The translations under genes and the position numbers were made by a program. A stretch of DNA of 64,000 bases from a virus (lineage: Duplodnaviria > Caudoviricetes): IMG/VR virus record IMGVR_UViG_3300032225_001322, positions 64,001 through 128,000 of that record; one strand, given 5' to 3'. Shown one piece after another: positions 38,401 to 45,038 of this stretch. Positions within the stretch are counted from its first letter, which is position 1. Every line of letters starts with the position of its first letter. A model generated the notes under the pieces. The model was not told where the DNA came from, did no database searches, and was given only the letters and a program-made list of their open reading frames with translations.

Positions 38401-39515
38401 CCATTGGATTGAATGAAGCCTGAGTGGGCATGCCCTGCCGAAATACGAGTCCAGGTAGTTAATGCGCCCACTTGCACTGGGGTGGAAAAGGTTCCACCAT
38501 TAGTATTAAGTCCTAATTGTCCATTGCCGTTTGTTCCCCAAGACCATAGTGTGCCATCATTTTTTATAGCTAAACTAAAATCATTGCCGCCTGCTACTCG
38601 ATTCCAATTACTCAATGCGCCCACTTGTACTGGGGTGGAAAAGGTTCCGCCCGAGGTATTAAGGCCAAGACTACCACTTGCATTATTGCCCCATGCCCAT
38701 AGTGTGCCTGGTGTTTGTATAGCCAGCACACCTAGTCGAGATCCAGAAACATTAGTCCACAGAGAAGATGAGCCTACTTGTACTAGACTTGATGCATCAG
38801 TTGTACTACCAGTTCCTAATGTACCAAACACTCCCCGACCAATCGCCCATAGTGTGCCATCATTTTTTATAGCATATCCGTTACCTAGACCTACACCAAT
38901 TTGAGTGTACACAGCAAGAGGAGCAGCGACAACTTGAACTGGACTGGAATAGTTAGTAGTATTATTTTGACCTAACTGACCAAACCCATTAGTTCCCCAA
39001 GCATACAGTGAGCCGTTAGATACTATACTTAAACCACTAAAACTTGAAATTAATACCGTTGCCCAATTACTTAACGCACCTACTTGTACTGGACTTGAAT
39101 AATAAGTTGAAGTGTTTAGTCCTAATTGACCAAAAGCATTATTACCCCAGGCCCATAGTGTGCCGTTGCTTTGAATAGCCAAAGTTGAATAATATCCGCT
39201 GCTAATTTGGCTCCATAAACTTAGTGCACCTACTTGTATTGGACTAGAAATATTAGTAGCACTATTATTACCTAACTGGCCATAACTATTGTTACCCCAT
39301 GACCATAATGTACCATTGCTTTGTAAAGCTAGACTAGATTGGCCGCCAGAGCTACCGGCTTGACTGGCAGAAACTGCTACCCATTGGTTATTAGATCCTG
39401 CTGTTTGATTTGGAGCCGAGGTGCTAAATCTATAATTGCGGCCAATCTCATACATAGTGTTACTTGTAATAACATAGTTGGTATTTTGTCTAAAGCCGTA
39501 CGCGAAATCTGCCAT
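35445..39515 (-). CDS. RCC1-repeat beta-propeller protein (about 25-26 repeats)
   Basis: Same repeat; ATGA overlap with the downstream gene. Confidence 0.92.
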   Translation of the reverse strand: MADFAYGFRQNTNYVITSNTMYEIGRNYRFSTSAPNQTAGSNNQWVAVSASQAGSSGGQSSLALQSNGTLWSWGNNSYGQLGNNSATNISSPIQVGALSLWSQISSGYYSTLAIQSNGTLWAWGNNAFGQLGLNTSTYYSSPVQVGALSNWATVLISSFSGLSIVSNGSLYAWGTNGFGQLGQNNTTNYSSPVQVVAAPLAVYTQIGVGLGNGYAIKNDGTLWAIGRGVFGTLGTGSTTDASSLVQVGSSSLWTNVSGSRLGVLAIQTPGTLWAWGNNASGSLGLNTSGGTFSTPVQVGALSNWNRVAGGNDFSLAIKNDGTLWSWGTNGNGQLGLNTNGGTFSTPVQVGALTTWTRISAGHAHSGFIQSNGTLWMCGYNVTGQLGVNTSTTRISSPVQVGTLSVWTQISCASAPGNLYGFSMAVQSNGTLWAWGNDGYGQLGLNTSTSYSSPVQVGTLSTWTNVFCGYYNALAVQSNGTLWTWGSNSYGQLGNNTTTLSNFSSPVQVGSLGNWALPTTGYITQWSWASSSNQLYAWGRNLFGQLGQNSTSVPSASSPLQIGGALPTVTATKIASSYYSNYAIQSPGTLWAWGNNSIGQLGLNTTTLSSVLGAVQVGALNYWTQISAGGQIGQAAGIQSPGTLWTWGLNLNGQLGLNTTTTSYSSPVQVGALSLWTQVACGYSHTAAIQTPGTLWAWGTNSYGQLGNNSASSNVLSPVQVGTASNWSRVSCGYNYTLAVQSNGTLWTWGLNSFGQLGYNTTSYRSSATQIGTVGVWTGFPAGSQNSFWGAAINSNNNLYVWGGNSNRILNSNYYIFDTTDTLASCAIIANPVPLDPTLSTPVKSASVGDQFGVYVQSNGTLWSWGNNSFGQTTNFSLSTGNQLVPSATYMNTWKQIACGYAFCLGLQSNGTIWSFGENSYGQLGNNPTSLLAVSSPNQIGSRNTWTQVACGNRTAAAIQSPGTLWAWGDDAYGQLAQNNTLQYSSPVQIGALSIWTRVSVGTRHMLALQSNGTLWAWGSNGQFQLGNNSTTSVSSPIQIGALTSWAKISAGFFNSYAIQSNGTLWAWGSGQSGALGLSDVTNRSSPVQVGTLSTWTQVYGGYFYALAIQSNGTLWSWGQDTVGALGLGDTTNRSSPVQVGALSGWTSISASVYTSSAIQNGVLYMMGYNNTGQLGRGNTSDSASPVQVGTASNWVQSAGGYFFSSGLQSTSVWSTWGQNSSGQLGYLATVSPLQISTQSNWSQVCCGLNYAMAVQNTGVLYAWGNNSYGQLGLGDLTHRSSLVQVGLGTNWSRVACGYSHTAALQSNGTLWTWGTNSYGQLGQGNFTNTSTPVQVGTLSKYMTVYAMNFTTLAEIQ

Positions 39516-39519
39516 TTAA

Positions 39520-40971
39520 TTAAAGTCCGTATGCTTGTTTATTTACGGGAATTCCGCTGGGATTCAATCCTAATTGACCAAAACTATTATTGCCCCACGA
39601 CCATAATGTGCCATTGCTTTGTATGGCTGTTGAATAGAGATTTCCAGCAGAAATTTTAGTCCATGTACTCAATGCACCCACTTGTACTGGACTTGATCTA
39701 TTAGTTGTATCACTTTGGCCTAATTGACCCCATACATTATATCCCCATGACCAAAGTGTGCCTGGAGTTTGTAAAGCAAGTATGCTATATCCACAAGCAA
39801 CTTGAGTCCATGTACTCAACGCACCCACTTGTACTGGACTAGATATTCTAACTATATTAGTATTAACACCTAATTGCCCATTTAGATTATTTCCCCATGT
39901 CCATAATGTTCCGTTACTTTGGATAGCTGCGGTAAAAGTATTTCCTGAAGAAATTCTAGACCACGTGCTTAGTGCTCCAATTTGTGCTGGACTACTTCTA
40001 TCTGTTATATCACCAAGACCCAACTGACTAGCATTGTTTCTACCCCATGCCCACAGGGTACCGTTGGACTGAATAGCCATAGTAAAATTATATCCGCAAG
40101 ATACTTGCGTCCATGTACTTACTGTGCCTGATTGTACTGGATTTGAAATAGCACTGAGTGTCGAAGTATTGATACCTAATTGTCCGTTGCTATTATTTCC
40201 CCACGACCACAACGTACCATCATTTTTTAAAGCAAAAGCAAAATAATTGCCGGCAGATATTCGAGTCCATGTACTCAGTGCGCCTATTTGAACTGGACTT
40301 AGAATATTTGTTCCAATTGAGCCAACACCTAATTGACCATAAGTGTTTCCACCCCATGTCCATAAACTACCATTACTAAGTAAAGCTAATGTTACACCTT
40401 GTCCCACAGTAAGTTGTGACCATCCCCATAATATACCATTAACTTGTACTGGACTTGATCTATTGGTTGTATTGCTTTGACCTAATTGTCCAAGATCATT
40501 AAGGCCCCACATCCATAAATTACTATTAGTGGGATTTTGAATAGCTCCAGTATTATAAGACCCAGTTGATACGGCAGTCCAGTTACTTGATGTTCCTACT
40601 TGTACTGGGCTTGATCTAGCAGTGACACCAACTTGCCAATCTGTAGTCTGTGGATAGTTTTCTGCCAAAAGAAAGTTTGCTCTTATTAAACTTTGAGCAT
40701 TGGCACGACTTTGATAAAATACTGCAGTAGGCCCAACACCAGTGATTGTAGTAGAGTCTTGATCAACTTGTATGCCTGGTAAAGATTGAGCATAGTTAAT
40801 AGCCCCATTTAAATTACCAACAGGATAGGTCTGCGTCAATAACTGTTGACCAAATACCACAGTCTTTCTATTAGTAACAGCCGCTTGGATGCCTTGATAG
40901 TTAGGATCATTACCTGGTATATATGTGCTGTCTAGATCAACGGCATTGGTTTGATAATTACTAGAGGTCAT
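39520..40971 (-). CDS. RCC1-repeat protein (7 canonical repeats plus divergent N-terminus)
   Basis: Seven LW(M/T/S/A)WG repeats. Confidence 0.9.
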   Translation of the reverse strand: MTSSNYQTNAVDLDSTYIPGNDPNYQGIQAAVTNRKTVVFGQQLLTQTYPVGNLNGAINYAQSLPGIQVDQDSTTITGVGPTAVFYQSRANAQSLIRANFLLAENYPQTTDWQVGVTARSSPVQVGTSSNWTAVSTGSYNTGAIQNPTNSNLWMWGLNDLGQLGQSNTTNRSSPVQVNGILWGWSQLTVGQGVTLALLSNGSLWTWGGNTYGQLGVGSIGTNILSPVQIGALSTWTRISAGNYFAFALKNDGTLWSWGNNSNGQLGINTSTLSAISNPVQSGTVSTWTQVSCGYNFTMAIQSNGTLWAWGRNNASQLGLGDITDRSSPAQIGALSTWSRISSGNTFTAAIQSNGTLWTWGNNLNGQLGVNTNIVRISSPVQVGALSTWTQVACGYSILALQTPGTLWSWGYNVWGQLGQSDTTNRSSPVQVGALSTWTKISAGNLYSTAIQSNGTLWSWGNNSFGQLGLNPSGIPVNKQAYGL

Positions 40972-43142
40972 TTAAATAATATTATAGAAGAGCCAGCTTT
41001 GGTTTCTACCTTTGTTGTAGTATTTATTGACCCAATCTGTACTGGGCTGTATTGATATGTGTTGGTATTGGCACTGATACCCAACTGACCATAGGTGTTG
41101 TTACCAAATCCATATACTGTGCTGTTCACGCTGACTAATAATGTGGTGTCTTGATTGGTAGCCACATTGTTCCAAAAATTACTGACAAATTTCTGTGTTG
41201 GGTATGTAAAGTTTGTGGTAGTGTTGGCACTGACTTTATTACCGACTCCGCCGCCCCACAAATTATTACTTCCGTCAACTAACCAAATGTCATAGTCGTC
41301 CATGGCGGCATTTTGAATACCAGTGGCATAGGTTATCTGTACTGGGCTTGATCTATTTGTCGTATCACTTAACCCTAGTTGGTATTGATTGTTTTTACCA
41401 AATACCCAAGCATTGTTGCTGTTGTCAATTAACATACTTCCGTAGTCAGCGGCCACAGCTCTTGACCAATTAGTGCCTGAACCAATTTGTGTTAATGATG
41501 AGTACGAACTAGTTGTAGTATTAAGTCCCAACTGCCCATAGCTATTATTGCCTATACTCCAAGCAGTACCGTTGGTCTGTACTCCAACGAAATGATATTG
41601 GCCAGTGTCATAACTTGTCCAAGCAATACTATTAGTTGTGTCTATAGTGGGAATATCTACAGTACTAGTCTGTACTAGAGTGTTATCCGCTGTTCGTCTA
41701 AAATAACTTTGACTGTTACTGGCCGCGACTTTATTATAGTTTGCTGTGTTAAACTGACTGGGATAATTGGTAAGTGAATATGCCGCTGGGTTATATTGTC
41801 CCAATTGGCCAAAACTATTTGATCCCCAGGCCCATAATGTGCCATTGTTTTGTATAGCCGAAACAAAATTCACGACTCCTGATATTTGAGTCCATGCGCT
41901 CAATGTGCCAACTTGAACCGGACTTGATATGATAAAAGTAGAAGTGTTAATACCTACTTGTCCGACATTGTTTAAACCCCAAGCCCATAGTGTGCCAGGG
42001 CTTTGTATAGCAAAAGCACCTTCGTATGAAGAAGTTACTTGGCTCCATGAGCTTAACGAACCTACTTGCGTAAGACTTGATCTATCTGTTAGATCACCAA
42101 GCCCTAGCTGTCCGCCTGCGTTACGACCGCATGACCATAGTGTGCCATTGCTTTGTAGGGCAAAAGTAGCATGAACACCAGCAGAAATTTTAGTCCAAGT
42201 AGTTAAAGCGCCTACTTGTACTGGACTAGAATAATTTGTTTGATTATTTTGTCCCAGTTGACCAAAACTGTTTAACCCCCAGGTCCATAGTGTGCCATTA
42301 CTTTGTAATGCCACTGAATGACCAAATCCAGGAAAAACTTGACTCCATGAACTAAGAGCGCCTACTTGTACAGGACTAGAATAATTAGTGCTAGTATTAA
42401 GGCCTAGTTGACCATAACTGTTACTGCCCCAAGACCATAGTGTGCCATTGCTTAGAATAGCTAGAGAGAAATAAGCGCCACCTGAAATAGTCACCCATGT
42501 ACTTAAAGCACCTATTTGTACTGGGCTTATGACATTACTTAATGTTGAAGTGTTTGTGCCAAGCTGACCAAAACTATTGTTGCCCCAAGCCCATAGTGTG
42601 CCTGGGCTTTGTAATGCCAACGTGTACTCGTAGCCCCCAGAAACACTAGTCCATGCGCTCAATGTGCCGACTTGAATTGGGCTAGAACGATTTACTATAT
42701 CACCGAGACCTAATTGACCAAATGAATTTAATCCCCAAGTCCACAATGTGTTATTATTTTTTATGGCCGCCATCCAACTATTACTGCTACTATCATTACT
42801 GAGTAGGCTAGTCCAAATACTCAGCCCACCTACTTGTACAGGACTGCTTCTACCGGTTGTGTCCGCTACCGCTTGACCAGCAAAAAATGGTTGATTATTC
42901 TGATTGACAAAAGCTAGCCCAAGGCCATTTCTAAGATATGCCGCATCAATCCAAGCAGGATAGGCTAATTGATTAGTTAATGCTACTGGACTAGAATATC
43001 CAGCGTTAAGAGTGTTAACGCCTAACTGGCCGTAGCTGTTGTTGCCAAATGCTTGGGCACTAGGAAAATTGGCCCAGCCGCTATAATTACTTATTTTAGC
43101 AAAGTTTGCGGTAGCATCTTGACTATCCTGGATAAACGGCAT
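40968..43142 (-). CDS. RCC1-repeat protein (7 canonical plus about 7 divergent repeats)
   Basis: Canonical repeats flanked by degenerate AQAFG/PFFAG and AWSIG/AWVFG/LWGGG/VYGFG blades. Confidence 0.9.
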   Translation of the reverse strand: MPFIQDSQDATANFAKISNYSGWANFPSAQAFGNNSYGQLGVNTLNAGYSSPVALTNQLAYPAWIDAAYLRNGLGLAFVNQNNQPFFAGQAVADTTGRSSPVQVGGLSIWTSLLSNDSSSNSWMAAIKNNNTLWTWGLNSFGQLGLGDIVNRSSPIQVGTLSAWTSVSGGYEYTLALQSPGTLWAWGNNSFGQLGTNTSTLSNVISPVQIGALSTWVTISGGAYFSLAILSNGTLWSWGSNSYGQLGLNTSTNYSSPVQVGALSSWSQVFPGFGHSVALQSNGTLWTWGLNSFGQLGQNNQTNYSSPVQVGALTTWTKISAGVHATFALQSNGTLWSCGRNAGGQLGLGDLTDRSSLTQVGSLSSWSQVTSSYEGAFAIQSPGTLWAWGLNNVGQVGINTSTFIISSPVQVGTLSAWTQISGVVNFVSAIQNNGTLWAWGSNSFGQLGQYNPAAYSLTNYPSQFNTANYNKVAASNSQSYFRRTADNTLVQTSTVDIPTIDTTNSIAWTSYDTGQYHFVGVQTNGTAWSIGNNSYGQLGLNTTTSSYSSLTQIGSGTNWSRAVAADYGSMLIDNSNNAWVFGKNNQYQLGLSDTTNRSSPVQITYATGIQNAAMDDYDIWLVDGSNNLWGGGVGNKVSANTTTNFTYPTQKFVSNFWNNVATNQDTTLLVSVNSTVYGFGNNTYGQLGISANTNTYQYSPVQIGSINTTTKVETKAGSSIILFK

Positions 43143-44929
43143 TACTTGTTCTCCAGTTTTTTAACTTGTTCAGACAGCGTTTTTACTGCCTCAACTAGTA
43201 TGCCAATCACTCCATTGTAGTTTAATGCCTTGCCGTTGTCTGAGTCTGTTACCAGTTGGGGCAAATATCGTTCGACATCCTGTGCTATGAGACCAGCCGA
43301 TTGTGCTCCGGTGTCGGTGAATTCAAATGTTACACCGCGTAGGTTTTCGATGATAGCCAATGCGTTGGCTATAATTTCAATATTTGATTTCTTTTCAGCA
43401 TCGGATGTAGTATTAAATACTGTAGAGCTTAGTGTACCGGTGCTGGGCACATAGTTTAATTTGGTACTACTAGTATTCACATTGGCAAATGACCCAGATG
43501 TTGTATTACCTAGTAATGGATAAAATGTATTAGCAGATGATAGTTGGTCCACAATAGTAATAGTGGGCGGTAAACCAGATAACTGACTACCATTACCAAA
43601 ATAATAACTAGCTGTGATGTTGCCATTAGCACTAAAAATATTGGCAAATATTACATTGGCGCCAGTAATATTACCGCCAGTACCTGTGCCTGTTATAAAA
43701 TTAACACCAGTAATATTACCAGTAGAACTTATGTTACCAGCATAGACATTACCTGTGCCAGAAAATATGCCGCCAGCGCCAATAGTTATTAACGCACCAG
43801 CGATAATATTGCCAGAACCAGAAATATTACCACCAGTACCCGAAGTGAATACATTGGCGCCTGTTACATTACCAGTGGTACTAAAACTCGATGTAGCAGA
43901 AAAATTACCTGTACTAATGTTGGCGCTGAATATATTACCGCTAGTGCTGAAGAGGTTAGCAGCAAGAAAAGTATTAGCCGAGATAACATTGGCACCAGTA
44001 ATATTACCGCCAGTTATTCCCACCGTAGTAAAATTATTACCTGTAATATTACCGCTGGCACTTAGATTGCCAGCAAAGATATTACCAGTGCCAGATAGTA
44101 TGCCGCCAGTACCTGTAGTAATTAATGCCCCAGCAATGATGTTACCGGTACCAGAAATATTGCCACCAGAACCTGTAGTTGATATTGAGTTACCAGCATA
44201 GATATTACCAGTGGCACTGATAACGCCAGTACCGCCTGTACTTATAAGTCCTATACCTGTTACATTACCAGCAACACTAATATTACCGGTCGATAAAAAA
44301 TTGCCAGCATAGATATTACCAGTTCCAGAAATTACTCCAGTACCACCTGTACTTGCGAATCCTAAACCTGTTACATTACCGCTGGCACTTATAGCACCAG
44401 TGACATTTAATCCTGTGGGAGTGAATACTGCTACATTACCTGTGCCGCTTACACCAACTGTTACATTGGCATTGGCTGTAGCTATGACTATGTTGCTTTG
44501 CCCATTGGCGATAGTAGTGGGCGTAGTGCTTAACCCAGTAAGTAATGCTCCGTTACCAATAAAATAATTACTGGTTGTGATATTGCCAGATACACTAAAA
44601 GTGCCAGTTGTCGCAATATTGCCAGCAGTGATAGTCCCGGTTACTGATTCATTACCGCTAATAATACTATTGTTACTATAGATATTACCGCTAGTAGATA
44701 TATTTCCACTAGTTAAAATATTACCGCTAACATTGCCGCCAATTATATTAGGAGCATAGATATTGCCTGCGGAAGAAATGTAACTAGTAGCAGTAATATA
44801 TCCATTGGCTGTAATATTAGCAAATGGTAATATTACTCTAGACCAAGCATTGCTAGCACTGGCATACTGATAAGTTATACCATTTATTGTAGTTTGTTGG
44901 CCGTTTGTTGGTGTGCTAGGGAATGACAT
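43142..44929 (-). CDS. Tail fibre with C-terminal intramolecular chaperone (Peptidase S74-like)
   Basis: TSDAEKKSNI...LRGVTF...GLIAQDVE..LPQLV...LNYNG.IGILVEAVK; GNI/GNV shaft repeats; MSFPSTPTNGQ N-terminal anchor-type motif. Confidence 0.88.
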   Translation of the reverse strand: MSFPSTPTNGQQTTINGITYQYASASNAWSRVILPFANITANGYITATSYISSAGNIYAPNIIGGNVSGNILTSGNISTSGNIYSNNSIISGNESVTGTITAGNIATTGTFSVSGNITTSNYFIGNGALLTGLSTTPTTIANGQSNIVIATANANVTVGVSGTGNVAVFTPTGLNVTGAISASGNVTGLGFASTGGTGVISGTGNIYAGNFLSTGNISVAGNVTGIGLISTGGTGVISATGNIYAGNSISTTGSGGNISGTGNIIAGALITTGTGGILSGTGNIFAGNLSASGNITGNNFTTVGITGGNITGANVISANTFLAANLFSTSGNIFSANISTGNFSATSSFSTTGNVTGANVFTSGTGGNISGSGNIIAGALITIGAGGIFSGTGNVYAGNISSTGNITGVNFITGTGTGGNITGANVIFANIFSANGNITASYYFGNGSQLSGLPPTITIVDQLSSANTFYPLLGNTTSGSFANVNTSSTKLNYVPSTGTLSSTVFNTTSDAEKKSNIEIIANALAIIENLRGVTFEFTDTGAQSAGLIAQDVERYLPQLVTDSDNGKALNYNGVIGILVEAVKTLSEQVKKLENK

Positions 44930-44935
44930 AATATA

Positions 44936-44942
44936 TATTTAT
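44936..44942 (-). promoter_or_regulatory. Late-promoter-like ATAAATA heading the fibre/RCC1/modification operon
   Basis: TATTTAT on plus strand, 6 nt upstream of the ATG at 44929. Confidence 0.6.
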
Positions 44943-44944
44943 TA

Positions 44945-45033
44945 GTTTATGCTAGTAAGTATAATCATGTCATAATACCCAAAAAGACAATTATCTGCTG
45001 TTGTGGCAGGGCTATCACACTACTAGCATAAAC
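44945..45033. repeat. Intergenic 13-bp perfect inverted repeat enclosing 63 nt
   Basis: GTTTATGCTAGTA at 44945-44957 and TACTAGCATAAAC at 45021-45033. Confidence 0.8.
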
Positions 45034-45038
45034 CGCTA

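Noticed and set aside
32125-43142. Diversity-generating retroelement (TR/VR pair) among the near-identical RCC1 repeats
   Set aside because: No reverse transcriptase in the window, all copies are coding, and visible differences are mainly synonymous rather than adenine-specific
32125-43142. CRISPR-like regularly spaced repeats
   Set aside because: The period of about 150 nt is a protein repeat inside long ORFs; repeats are degenerate at third codon positions
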